Shown piece after piece: positions 9,551 through 19,286 of a stretch of 64,000 nucleotides of DNA. Under the pieces are notes generated by a model, which saw only the letters and a program-made list of their open reading frames with translations, made no database searches and was not told the DNA's origin. The translations under genes and the position numbers were made by a program. The stretch is from Bacteriovoracaceae bacterium (GTDB lineage Bacteria; Bdellovibrionota; Bacteriovoracia; Bacteriovoracales; Bacteriovoracaceae). Within the stretch, counting starts at the first letter, position 1; the number at the start of each line of letters is the position of its first letter. The stretch lies in NCBI GenBank assembly GCA_965217035.1, contig OZ244226.1, positions 2,028,146-2,092,145 on the forward strand, given 5' to 3'.

Positions 9551-10801
9551 TTAGCTGCTCTTTTTTTCGAGCGATTCAACCACAACGGTTCCGACGCAAT
9601 CACCGAAAACGTTGACGCAAGTACGAAACATATCCAGGAGGCGGTCTACTGCTAAAATTAATCCAATTCCATCGAGGGGATAGCCCACTGCTGTTAGAAC
9701 GATGCTCATCGTTACAAGGCCTGCTCCTGGAATAGCAGCGGCCCCTATTGCAGCAAGTGATGCTGTCATAAAAATAATAATTTGATTGGTTAGCGAAAGG
9801 TCGAGCCCGTAAGCTTGACCAATGAAGATAACAGCAACAGACTCATACAGAGCGGTTCCGTCCATATTAATGGTTGCTCCTAAGGGGAGTACAAATTGAG
9901 CGGTCTTCTTCTTTACTCCTAAATTATCCTCTACACAGGCCATTGTTATCGGTAATGTTGATGCAGAAGAAGAAGTTGAGAAGGCCGTGAGCATGGCAGG
10001 CAGACAGGCTTTTATAACTCCAAGAGGAGAAGTTTTGTGACGCCAGCTTGCGATAAAAGTAAGAACGATAAAATGGATTATAAGTCCGATGATAACTGCT
10101 CCCATATATTTCCCAAGAGCACCGAGAGCATCGAAGCCTGTACTTGCAACAACCCCCACCATTAGTGCAAAAATCCCAAAGGGGGCGAGTTTCATAATCC
10201 AATGAATTAAGACCATGGAAAGTTTTTCTAGAGAATCCATTAGGCTTATTAGAGGTTCTGAAACATTCCTGTGAACAAGTGCTGCAACTCCAAGAAAAAT
10301 AGAGAAAACAATGACCTGAAGAATTTTCATATTCGCCATAGACTCAAATGGATTTTTTGGAATAGCATCCATCAGGACATTCATCATTGTTTTAAAAAGA
10401 CCTGCTTCCGATGAGCTCTGAATTTTTTGATTAAGACTTTCTGAAAGGTCACCTCCCATCATCGAAATGTCGAGACCGACACCAGGTTGGATAACGTTAA
10501 CAATAATGACACCAATAAAGACAGCGATTGCTGTGGTTATGAAATAGTAAGTAATAGACTTGATTCCCATAGAGCCTAGTTCTTCAGGGGAGCCAAGGTT
10601 AACTATCGCCATGAATATTGAAGCAAGAACAAGAGGTGTGATAAGCATCTTAAGAAGTCTGATAAAGATCTCACCAACTGGCTTGAGACCAGCAACGAAA
10701 TCTGTAGCCTGGTAATGGTGAGCTGCAAGGCCGACAAGCGTTCCCAGAACCAGCGCAATTAAAATATGTTTAGTTTCTTTGGCGTTCTTCGCTTCGCCCA
10801 T
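9551..10801 (-). CDS. Dicarboxylate/amino acid:cation symporter (GltP/DAACS)
   Basis: AFSTSSSASTLP, PLGATINMDGTALY, AVDRLLDMFRTCVNV.GD. Confidence 0.95.
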   Translation of the reverse strand: MGEAKNAKETKHILIALVLGTLVGLAAHHYQATDFVAGLKPVGEIFIRLLKMLITPLVLASIFMAIVNLGSPEELGSMGIKSITYYFITTAIAVFIGVIIVNVIQPGVGLDISMMGGDLSESLNQKIQSSSEAGLFKTMMNVLMDAIPKNPFESMANMKILQVIVFSIFLGVAALVHRNVSEPLISLMDSLEKLSMVLIHWIMKLAPFGIFALMVGVVASTGFDALGALGKYMGAVIIGLIIHFIVLTFIASWRHKTSPLGVIKACLPAMLTAFSTSSSASTLPITMACVEDNLGVKKKTAQFVLPLGATINMDGTALYESVAVIFIGQAYGLDLSLTNQIIIFMTASLAAIGAAAIPGAGLVTMSIVLTAVGYPLDGIGLILAVDRLLDMFRTCVNVFGDCVGTVVVESLEKKSS

Positions 10802-10878
10802 CAGCTCCTCCGTGAATTTGTTCTTTGTGTCTAATGTTAAGTTCTTGCAAGGGAGATGTCCAAAAACTAAAGTAAATT

Positions 10879-11700
10879 ATGCTACCAGAGCACATTCTAG
10901 ATCAATTACCTTCTGTTAAGGCTGTTTCACCTGTTAGTGGGGGGTGTATTGGTGAAAATTATAAAGTTATTACAAATTCAGGAACCTTTTTTTTAAAGAT
11001 GGGTGTCACGAGTGAAATGATCTGTTCAGAGGCAGAAGGGTTAGAAGCCTTGAAAGGGTTTACTCCAGAGCTTTTGAAAGTGAGTCCTGATTTTTTGCTT
11101 TTGGAGTGGATCGAAACTGGAATGGGCTCTGCAGAGGACTCTTTCCTTTTCGGTGAAAGGCTCGCTAGGCTTCATAAAAAGACGAACGATTTTTATGGAT
11201 TTGAGTTTGATAACTTTTTAGGACGAACAAGTCAAAGAAATACACCTACAAAAAGTTGGCTGGAGTTTTTTTGGAATGAGCGATTAATTTTCCAAGTTGA
11301 ACTTGCTTACAAGAATTATAAATTAAACTCAGATCTTAAAGATCTTATTTTTAATCTCGACAATCGTTTTGAAGAGTTTATTGGTCCCTCTGTTGAACAA
11401 CCCTCTTTAATTCATGGTGATCTTTGGTCAGGGAATTACCTCTTTGACCAGTCTGGAAGAGTCTACTTAATCGATCCTGCTGTTTCCTTTTCTCACAGAG
11501 AAGTTGAATTGAGCATGACGAGGCTTTTTGGAGGTTTCTCTAGAAGCTTTTATGAAGGATATAACGCAGAATGGCCTTTAAGAGAGGGTAATGAGGAGAG
11601 AGTCGACTTCTATCAGGTTTACCATTTGTTAAACCATCTTAATTTGTTTGGAATGAGCTATTATAATCAAGCTCTGAATCTTTTAAGGAAATATATATGA
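10879..11700 (+). CDS. Fructosamine kinase family protein
   Basis: VSGGCI, PSLIHGDLWSGN, IDPA...HREVELSMTRLFGGF, LNHLNLFG. Confidence 0.92.
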   Translation: MLPEHILDQLPSVKAVSPVSGGCIGENYKVITNSGTFFLKMGVTSEMICSEAEGLEALKGFTPELLKVSPDFLLLEWIETGMGSAEDSFLFGERLARLHKKTNDFYGFEFDNFLGRTSQRNTPTKSWLEFFWNERLIFQVELAYKNYKLNSDLKDLIFNLDNRFEEFIGPSVEQPSLIHGDLWSGNYLFDQSGRVYLIDPAVSFSHREVELSMTRLFGGFSRSFYEGYNAEWPLREGNEERVDFYQVYHLLNHLNLFGMSYYNQALNLLRKYI

Positions 11701-13151
11701 GTTATGGAATCCATTGGTTTCGAAGAGATTTGAGAGTTGCTGGTAACCCAGCTCTTCAGGAAAATTTTAAAAGAAATGATGGAAAGGTCGTTGGTGTTTT
11801 TTGTTTTGATAAAAAATTTCTTGCTCGCGGAGATTTTTCAGTTAATCGATTCCAACTTTTTATCAATACTTTAAAAGAGTTAAAAAAAGATATGAAGGCC
11901 TTGGGAAGTGATCTTCTCTTTCTTGATATTGGTCCGCATGACTCTTTTCCGATGCTTATTGAAAGGTTAAAAGAGAAGCCTTCACTGTTCTCCTGGAATG
12001 AAGACTTTGAACCTTTTGCTATAAAAAGAGATAAAGCTGTTTTCAAGATGATGAAAGATCACGGTATCGAAGCTTTTATAGGAACTGATCATGTACTTAT
12101 TCGACCTGAAGAGCTAACTAAGCCTGGATCTGAAGATGGTTATAAAGTCTATACTCCTTTTTCGAGACGATGGTTACATCTTTTTATTCAGCCGCAAGTT
12201 CAAGATCGAGTAAAAAGGCAAAAAAATGGATTGAAACTTTTAAGAAAAGAGAGAGAAAATTATGAAAAGATTTTTTCTTTGACCTGGAAGAAGTTAATGG
12301 GAAAAAATCTTCCTGAAGATTACCTCGATGAATACAGTGACAGAAACCAAAAACTTGTAACAATCGATCTTCCTCAAACGGGATCGAGAGCAGCCTATAA
12401 AAAGGTTCTTGAGTTCAAAAAACGTCTTGAGAATTACGGAGAAGATCGAGATTTCCCTGATATCAAAGGAACTTCTCAGCTTTCGCCGTATTTAAAAAAT
12501 GGTTCATTAACAATTGCTCAAATTATCGCAATTCTTGATCTCAAACCTTATACCGAAAAAAAGACAGGTCAGGATATTTTCTTCAGTGAGCTTATTTGGA
12601 GAGAGTTCTATTATCACATTATTGCGCGTTGGCCTCATGTCGAAAAAGAAGAGTTTAATCCGAAGTATAAAGGACTTGCTTGGGAGAATGATAAAAAACT
12701 TTTCCAGGCTTGGAAGGAAGGAAAAACAGGTTATCCGATTGTTGATGCTGGAATGAGACAGTTAAAAGAAACCGGATGGATGCATAACCGTGTTCGGATG
12801 ATCGTTGCTTCTTTTCTTACAAAACACCTTCTTATCGATTGGCGCTGGGGAGAGAAGTATTTCATGGATCAACTCATTGATGGAGATTTGGCTCCCAATA
12901 ATGGAGGGTGGCAATGGGCAGCCTCAACAGGTTGCGATGCTCAACCATACTTTCGAATTTTTAATCCTTGGAATCAAGGCAAGAAGTTTGATAAAGAAGC
13001 AGAGTATATGAAGCGATTTCTTCCCGAGTTAAAAGATGAACCTGCTAAGAATTTTCACGCACCTATTTTAGGGCATAAAGAATATCCTGAGCCGGTGGTT
13101 GATCACGCGACTCAGAGGCAAAAAGCTTTAGCATTATTTAAAGAAGCTTAA
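11697..13151 (+). CDS. phrB: Deoxyribodipyrimidine photolyase (class I CPD)
   Basis: WFRRDLR, TSQLSPYL, WREFY, GKTGYPIVDAGMRQL..TGWMHNRVRM, NNGGWQWAAS. Confidence 0.95.
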   Translation: MSYGIHWFRRDLRVAGNPALQENFKRNDGKVVGVFCFDKKFLARGDFSVNRFQLFINTLKELKKDMKALGSDLLFLDIGPHDSFPMLIERLKEKPSLFSWNEDFEPFAIKRDKAVFKMMKDHGIEAFIGTDHVLIRPEELTKPGSEDGYKVYTPFSRRWLHLFIQPQVQDRVKRQKNGLKLLRKERENYEKIFSLTWKKLMGKNLPEDYLDEYSDRNQKLVTIDLPQTGSRAAYKKVLEFKKRLENYGEDRDFPDIKGTSQLSPYLKNGSLTIAQIIAILDLKPYTEKKTGQDIFFSELIWREFYYHIIARWPHVEKEEFNPKYKGLAWENDKKLFQAWKEGKTGYPIVDAGMRQLKETGWMHNRVRMIVASFLTKHLLIDWRWGEKYFMDQLIDGDLAPNNGGWQWAASTGCDAQPYFRIFNPWNQGKKFDKEAEYMKRFLPELKDEPAKNFHAPILGHKEYPEPVVDHATQRQKALALFKEA

Positions 13152-13163
13152 TCTTAGAATGAA

Positions 13164-13517
13164 TTAATAAGATTCACAAAGATCAAAAAATGCTTGAAGC
13201 TCTTTTTTAGTGGTATGAAACTTTATGAAGTAAGTTCCGTAAAAAGTAAAAAATGTTAATCCATTTTCTACTCTTGGAAGTTCAGCCCATCTTACAGCAT
13301 AAAGATAAGCAACAAATTCAAGTCGATGCTGTTCTGCTGGAATTCCTAAGCAATCACTAATATACTTCCGATGCTTTCTAAAAATTTTTCGGTGTTCTTT
13401 TTTACGGAGAGTTTGCGTTTTATCGATATCGAATTCGGCAAAAATCTTATCGACATCAGGAGTTTTTGCAGAGCTATTTAAACTGGCAAAAACAAACAAA
13501 GAAATTAAAAGCTTCAT
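13164..13517 (-). CDS. Small secreted hypothetical protein
   Basis: AGGAG RBS; signal peptide. Confidence 0.65.
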   Translation of the reverse strand: MKLLISLFVFASLNSSAKTPDVDKIFAEFDIDKTQTLRKKEHRKIFRKHRKYISDCLGIPAEQHRLEFVAYLYAVRWAELPRVENGLTFFTFYGTYFIKFHTTKKELQAFFDLCESY

Positions 13518-13654
13518 GATCTCTCCTTAATTACGCCAACCTTCTCTTTCTCTAGGTGTTTTGTAAAGATTACCGTAGTTCCAAATAGCACTTTTGCAAA
13601 GTGTCATAAAGTCTTTGAAATTTCCTAAGTAGCTAAAAATACACAATCCATTTG

Positions 13655-13670
13655 TGGCACACCGCATGCA
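13655..13670 (+). promoter_or_regulatory. Sigma54 (-24/-12) promoter
   Basis: TGGCACACCGCATGCA with correct GG-N10-GC spacing, intergenic. Confidence 0.6.
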
Positions 13671-13680
13671 ATATAAGAAA

Positions 13681-13815
13681 TTAGTCTGTGGGGTTCGCCC
13701 GTCCATGGAAATAGGACGTATGCAGCAGGGTGATGTCCTCTCCCAATATTTTCTCACAATTACATTCGTAACAATCGGAACCGTAGGGCCTGTGGAGGCC
13801 CTTCCGGCCTTTTTT
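13681..13815 (+). ncRNA. Candidate sigma54-dependent small RNA (~135 nt)
   Basis: Starts at the predicted sigma54 TSS; hairpins GGG-TTCG-CCC and GTCC..GGAC; ends in AGGGCCT-GTGG-AGGCCCT stem followed by T6. Confidence 0.45.
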
Positions 13816-13929
13816 AGGGCCTCGATGTCTTGAATCTAACTCATTTTTGAAGCTGAGGGAGCATGTGGAAATAACTCGGAAAAAATGTCGGAATAGAGTC
13901 CAATAGCTATTTCGGGGTAAAATAGTCCT

Positions 13930-14325
13930 ATGAAGCAGGTTCAAATAACCAACTACAAATTAAAAAATGCGACCAAGCAATTTCTTTGTGCCCTTTGTGG
14001 AAATGAAAGAGAGGTTAAGTTTAAGCGCACTCTTAATTGGAAGAACTACCTCCAAATGGCTCTTGTCTCTTCAATTCTTACGCTTTTTGCTTATCCTTGG
14101 TTTGAACTCAAGGGTTTGTTCGTTTTTCCAATTGTTTGGTTGGGTTTTGAAGTCACGCTTAAAATGTTATTCCGAAAAGAACTTCCTTGTCCGCACTGCG
14201 GTTTTGATCCTGTTTGGTATTGCAAAGATGTTCGTGAAGCCAAAAAGCGTGTTGAAACTTTCTGGACCTCGGAAGAGAATAGCAAAGAATCTGTTCCTGA
14301 TCTTGATCAGACCTCAGATTATTAA
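13930..14325 (+). CDS. Hypothetical membrane protein with two CxxC motifs
   Basis: CALC, two TM helices, CPHCGFDP. Confidence 0.75.
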   Translation: MKQVQITNYKLKNATKQFLCALCGNEREVKFKRTLNWKNYLQMALVSSILTLFAYPWFELKGLFVFPIVWLGFEVTLKMLFRKELPCPHCGFDPVWYCKDVREAKKRVETFWTSEENSKESVPDLDQTSDY

Positions 14326-14738
14326 TGACACCAAAAGAATGAGCCTCTTAAATTAAGAGGACCCCTCTAGAGTGAAAGACAAAAAAATGGCAGCAAATAC
14401 AAGCAAAGGTGACAAGTAAATCTGACTTTTTGGTGATTTTATTTTTGCCCTTTCTTTCAGTCATTTGCTCGAGCTGTTCTTTTTTAAGTTTTTTATAAAA
14501 CTACAATGCTTTGCAATAGAAGATGAGGAGCCAAAAAGTTAGAGATGTGCTTTCAGAGAGTTTTTTGTCGACACCTTAAGTCGTCAAAGAAATTCAATAC
14601 TTTAGATTCAAGTGTTGTTCTGTTGACTTGCAGAGTAGAAAGCATATTGGCCGGGAAACTGCTTCTAATGCTTGTCTTTTAGGTCCAACCTCAATAAATT
14701 ATGGTCTCAACATTCAACATTTTTTTAAGGAGAAACAA

Positions 14739-15185
14739 ATGAGTGTTAATAAAGTAATCCTGATTGGTCGCTTAGGTAACGATCCAGAATTAAGGTATAC
14801 ACCATCAGGAGCAGCAGTTTGTAATTTTTCATTAGCAACATCTGAAGTTTGGAATGACAAAAATTCTGGTCAGAAAAACGAAAGAACTGAGTGGCATCGA
14901 ATTGTCGTTTGGGGAAAACAAGCCGAGCATTGTAACAACTATCTTGCAAAAGGAAGACAAGTTTACACAGAAGGAAGACTTCAAACTCGTTCTTGGGAAG
15001 ATAAAGATGGTGTAAAAAAATACACAACAGAAATCATCGCAAACACAGTTCAATTTATTGGTTCAAAAGGTGATACGGCTTCTACAAATACAACGGCAGA
15101 TGCTGGAATGAACCAAACGGCTCCAACTGAAAACTTTGATATCAAGCCGGATGATAGCTTCGCAGCTGACGATATCCCATTCTAG
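14739..15185 (+). CDS. ssb: Single-stranded DNA-binding protein
   Basis: [20 protein letters not shown]...[17 protein letters not shown]-terminal DDIPF; AAGGAG RBS. Confidence 0.98.
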   Translation: MSVNKVILIGRLGNDPELRYTPSGAAVCNFSLATSEVWNDKNSGQKNERTEWHRIVVWGKQAEHCNNYLAKGRQVYTEGRLQTRSWEDKDGVKKYTTEIIANTVQFIGSKGDTASTNTTADAGMNQTAPTENFDIKPDDSFAADDIPF

Positions 15186-15292
15186 TAGACTGTCTCGTCA
15201 GTTTTGACAGTGTCAGTTGGCTGTCGCGGTATTTTGATAGATACAGCTTCCAACCAACTTTCTTGTCAAAAGCTAATGAATCTAGTCCATTA
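15183..15292. other. Long imperfect rod-like hairpin downstream of ssb
   Basis: Nested pairings TAGTAGACT/AGTCCATTA, AGTTTTGACA/TGTCAAAAGCT, AGTTGG/CCAACT, GCTGT/ACAGC. Confidence 0.6.
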
Positions 15293-15313
15293 CGAAAATG
15301 AATTATATAGATG

Positions 15314-15340
15314 GCCCGAGAGAAATCTCGGGCTTTTTTT
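15314..15340 (+). terminator. Intrinsic terminator after ssb and hairpin
   Basis: GCCCGAGA-GAAA-TCTCGGGC + T7. Confidence 0.9.
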
Positions 15341-16637
15341 ATTTGTCTTTATTTTGTCCGATAGGATGATCTTTTCTAAGAGTTGCTCTTCTTCGCAATT
15401 CCATCCAGCCACGAGTATATGCATCAGCTATTTCTGGAATTCTAATGACGTAAAACTGTTCATAATTACCTGTCTTGTTAATATTGAGAGCTGCTCCAGT
15501 GAAATTTCCGGCCCCTTGGAAAACAAATTCTCTATCGGTAACAATGAATTTGTTATGAAACATATGAGTGAAAATTTCAGAAGCATTTGTCTCAACAAAG
15601 GAGACCTCGGCTTGCTTTCTCAAGGCCCTATAAGCAAGGACGTCATGGTAGCCAGGTCCTTTATAAACACCTCCATCAACCACTCCAGCTCTTAAGGTAT
15701 CATCATCAAAAATAACACGAACTTTAACTCTTTGAGCTGCAGCTTTGAGGGGGCCATAAACGTTCTTAGTCGTGAGTCTATGAATAGCAACAAGGACTTC
15801 TTTCTTGGCATTTTTTAGCATTGCCATCATGGCCTTATAAGGCTTTTCCATTTTTAAGTTAGGAACAACAAAGAATTTTAAATCAGAGCGAGGCTTCGAT
15901 TCAATTGATCGAGCACATGCTTTATAGTTCTCAGCAAAAACTCTTCGATCATTTTTCGCCATAAGAGCTGTAAAGATACAAATATTCTGTTGAGCTAAAT
16001 GAGAAGAGAGTTTTGTGTTGAAAAAAAGCCAGTTTTCAAAGTGAAGACCTGTTCCATTAGAAGACATATTGGCAGAAGAACTTGTGAAATAGAGGGGAGT
16101 ATTCTGTAGTTCAGCTTTTTCTCTATCGCTATACTTATGAAAAGGTTTAATTGTTTCAGTAAAAGAGGCCATGAAAATTTTCATGTGCATTAAGTGCGCA
16201 CCTTTTGTTCCAAAAGGTCCTTTACCTTTGCCAATAACTTTAATGTTTTTTGAGCAATTTCGTAATTTAATAACATTAGGAGATTCAAGATTGCTTTCAT
16301 TAATAAAGATAGTAACTTTTAAGCCTCTATTTTCGGCTGCATAGCAAAGAGATTGTCTCATCCTAGTATTTGAGAAAGAAAAATAAGCGAGATAGATTGA
16401 TTTAATTTTTTCGTTAGAGATCCAAGAGCGAAGCCTTTTCTCAACTCCCGAATATTCCACTGAAGCACTCTTATCCTTACTCGTACACCAAGCTCCCTTC
16501 TTTTGACCGGCATGATCACAAACTGGAAGATTAAAACGAAGTTCCCATTTAAGGTCACCATTTTGACCTTTTGCGAAAGGAGGTGAGGCCATCAGCGAGT
16601 TTGAGAGTAGTAAAAGAACGAAAATGATTAATTTCAT
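15339..16637 (-). CDS. Secreted phospholipase D/nuclease superfamily protein with two HKD-like motifs
   Basis: MHMKIFM...SSANMS and FHNKFIVTD...GAGNFT; signal peptide from ATG 16637 with GGAG RBS. Confidence 0.85.
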   Translation of the reverse strand: MKLIIFVLLLLSNSLMASPPFAKGQNGDLKWELRFNLPVCDHAGQKKGAWCTSKDKSASVEYSGVEKRLRSWISNEKIKSIYLAYFSFSNTRMRQSLCYAAENRGLKVTIFINESNLESPNVIKLRNCSKNIKVIGKGKGPFGTKGAHLMHMKIFMASFTETIKPFHKYSDREKAELQNTPLYFTSSSANMSSNGTGLHFENWLFFNTKLSSHLAQQNICIFTALMAKNDRRVFAENYKACARSIESKPRSDLKFFVVPNLKMEKPYKAMMAMLKNAKKEVLVAIHRLTTKNVYGPLKAAAQRVKVRVIFDDDTLRAGVVDGGVYKGPGYHDVLAYRALRKQAEVSFVETNASEIFTHMFHNKFIVTDREFVFQGAGNFTGAALNINKTGNYEQFYVIRIPEIADAYTRGWMELRRRATLRKDHPIGQNKDK

Positions 16638-16733
16638 GAGAGCTCCTATAATTAGTGCCCCACTTTTTACAGGGAATGAGATTGCTTGGCAAAAAATCTT
16701 GATGGGTAGTGAAAGAATTGCTAGGAAAACGCG

Positions 16734-17260
16734 ATGAAAGCACTTATTGCTCTTTGCATAATCCTGAGCTTCAATGTCTTTGCCTTGAAGTCCCCGTTTC
16801 CTTCTTCTATTCCTGGAATTGAGCTCCCCAATGCACATTATGTTGGAAAAAGTGAGCAACTCATTCGAGGAATGGCACCAGTTAAGCATTTGGATGAGCT
16901 ATTAAAGCTTGGAGTGACGGAGGTTCTTATCTTTAAAAACCAAACTCGCAACGAAGTCGATAAAGAAAAAGTAGCTTTAAAGAAACTTGGAATCAAGAAA
17001 ATCTATCATATTCCTTTCTTATGGCATGACTATTCCTCTTACGAGGAAACATGCAGGCAAACGATTTCTGCTCTCAAAATAAGCCTAAATATGTGGTCAA
17101 TGAGATTCGATCGGATTTAACACCTCTTTTTATAAAGATGGTGAAAATGATCAGAACTGGAAAGATTCGTTGGAATAACTTATCTAAAAGGTCTTGTGAA
17201 GGAATCGAAGTGGAAAAACCTCGATCCCTTCCGAAGTGTAAACCTCAAAAACTTGATTAA
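16734..17260 (+). pseudogene. Secreted Tyr/dual-specificity phosphatase-like gene lacking its catalytic loop (apparent internal deletion and frameshift)
   Basis: N-terminal NAHYV...LIRGMAP...GVTEVL...HIPF is PTP-like; no HCx5R loop; plausible C-terminus continues in another frame from ~17080. Confidence 0.55.
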
Positions 17261-19047
17261 GAGTTTGTACTTGGAGTTTTCTGACCCTTAGACTGAACAT
17301 ACTCATTGATTAATTCTTCAATGATTGAGAGTGGAATTGATCCATATTGAAGAACTTCTCTGTGAAACTCTCTGATATCAAAAAGGTTTCCGAGTTTTGC
17401 TTCTGCCATTTTCTTGAGTTCTAAAATCTTATTCTTTCCAATCAAATAAGCTGTTGCTTGGCCTGGCCAGACAGTATAACGATCGACTGCGACGATATTA
17501 GCTGAATCAGCTGATGGTGTATTATCAGCTAAGAATTTAGCGGCTTTCTCTCTCGTCCAGCCAAAGTGATGAATCCCTGTATCGAGAACGAGTCGACAGG
17601 CCCGCCATAGTTCCATCGTAAGTCTCCCGTAATCTGAGTAGGGATCTTTATAGGCTCCGTATTCTTTAGGGATATACTCAGAGTAAAGTCCCCAACCTTC
17701 ACCGTGAGCGGTATGCCAAATAAGTTGCATGAACTTTGGATTGGTGTCTCGAGTTTTAATGTCATAAAGAGATTGAAGGTGATGACCAGGGATTCCTTCA
17801 TGATAAGCAAGAGCTTCCATCTCAAAAGTTGGGAGTTCTTTCATGCTCTTAAGATTAACAAAATATTGCCCTGGTCTTTTACCATCTGGGCTTGGACGTT
17901 GGTAGTAAGCAAGTCCAGATGCTTTTTCTGCATATTTAGGAACAGGAACAACTTTTACATCGATAGGAGGAAGTTCTTCAAATAAAAGAGGAAGTTTCTT
18001 ATTGAGATCAAGGATTAATTGCTTCGCTTCTTTCATGTATCTATCTTGACCTGCTTTCGTATCAGGATAATAGAACTGAGAATCTGTTTTTGTGAATTTA
18101 AAGAAATCTTGAATGCTTCCTTTAAACTTCACTTTCTTCATGATGTCTTTGATTTCACCATGAATTCTTTTAACTTCATTAAGTCCGAGTTGATGAACCT
18201 CTGGTGCTGTCATTTTTGTTGTTGTCGCTGTTTCTAGCATGAACTGATAGAAGTCTTTTCCATCTGTGAACTGCCATGATCCAATATCAGACTTTGAAAT
18301 CTTAATAAGTTCGTTAATACTTTTAAGAAACTTCTTATGAGCGACAAGAACCTCTGTATCTATAATTGATTGAGCTTTACTCTTAAGCTTAGATTTTTTT
18401 TCGTCGTCTGCTTTAAGTTTTTCTAGCTTCTTTTCAAGGCCTTTGTAATAAACATTCATCTTATCATTAGCAATCATTCCCTCAAGAGTTGCTTTAATCT
18501 TTTCAAGAGAATGTTTGGGGAGAATGACACCTTTTTTAGCTTGTTTATTCATGTTTTCGATAACCTGATCAAAGAGTCTATCGATATCACTAAGACGCGA
18601 AATATAATTCTCCATGTCTTTAAGATTTTCTACTGGATGATAGTTCTTTAAAAAGTTTGGAAGTCTTGAATGAAGACCGGCCATATGATCAACGGCAAAA
18701 GCATGATACCGCCATTTAAAACCTTTTTCCTCATTAGCAATTGCTTCAAGCATAAGGTCGTAATGAATTTTTGTCCTACGGTTCAGTTTTTCGTAGTTAA
18801 CTTCATTTTTAAGTTTTTCAGCGAGCTTTAGGTTTAGATTTAAAGTTTCTTTTTGATAAGTTTCCGAAAAATCATCAAATCGATCCATATGAATCTTCTC
18901 ATCGGCATAACCGGCCATAAAAGGGGAACGATCTAACTTTAATTGGTAGTATTCCTCAAAGATTTTTGATGCTTTTTCTGCGTCAGTTATTTCTTGTTTC
19001 TGACACGCTAAAGAAAAAGCGAAAGTAAAAATAAATAATAAGCGCAT
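17257..19047 (-). CDS. DUF885 family lipoprotein
   Basis: Lipobox SLAC; AYHEGIPGHHLQ, EGWGLYSE, WRACRLVLDTGIH, PGQATAYLIG. Confidence 0.93.
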   Translation of the reverse strand: MRLLFIFTFAFSLACQKQEITDAEKASKIFEEYYQLKLDRSPFMAGYADEKIHMDRFDDFSETYQKETLNLNLKLAEKLKNEVNYEKLNRRTKIHYDLMLEAIANEEKGFKWRYHAFAVDHMAGLHSRLPNFLKNYHPVENLKDMENYISRLSDIDRLFDQVIENMNKQAKKGVILPKHSLEKIKATLEGMIANDKMNVYYKGLEKKLEKLKADDEKKSKLKSKAQSIIDTEVLVAHKKFLKSINELIKISKSDIGSWQFTDGKDFYQFMLETATTTKMTAPEVHQLGLNEVKRIHGEIKDIMKKVKFKGSIQDFFKFTKTDSQFYYPDTKAGQDRYMKEAKQLILDLNKKLPLLFEELPPIDVKVVPVPKYAEKASGLAYYQRPSPDGKRPGQYFVNLKSMKELPTFEMEALAYHEGIPGHHLQSLYDIKTRDTNPKFMQLIWHTAHGEGWGLYSEYIPKEYGAYKDPYSDYGRLTMELWRACRLVLDTGIHHFGWTREKAAKFLADNTPSADSANIVAVDRYTVWPGQATAYLIGKNKILELKKMAEAKLGNLFDIREFHREVLQYGSIPLSIIEELINEYVQSKGQKTPSTNS

Positions 19048-19286
19048 TGTAATCCTCTCTAGGGCTAACATAAATTTAGAACTATTAAGAGGTTCTTGGT
19101 GAAAAGTGTCAATTGGTGCTTTTTGGGACCGCTGAAACAGTAATTTTTAAGAGATTGAGAATTGACGGACCTTTATTGTCAGTAATTTGGGAAAATTATT
19201 AAAAATCTTATTGGGACCTTAACAGAAAAAAAGTCAACTTGAGTGAGCTCCCTTTCTGACGAAAAGCATGTACTAGGCGAGGGGAT

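Noticed and set aside
13527..13944. Two Cys-rich minus-strand ORFs
   Set aside because: No clear RBS or family motif; better explained by a + strand promoter and structured RNA
15183..15292. Integron attC site or SRP/6S RNA
   Set aside because: No RYYYAAC/GTTRRRY ends or integrase, no SRP domain IV motif, and too short for 6S
15204..15695. 163-aa + strand ORF
   Set aside because: Crosses a terminator and is antisense to the PLD gene
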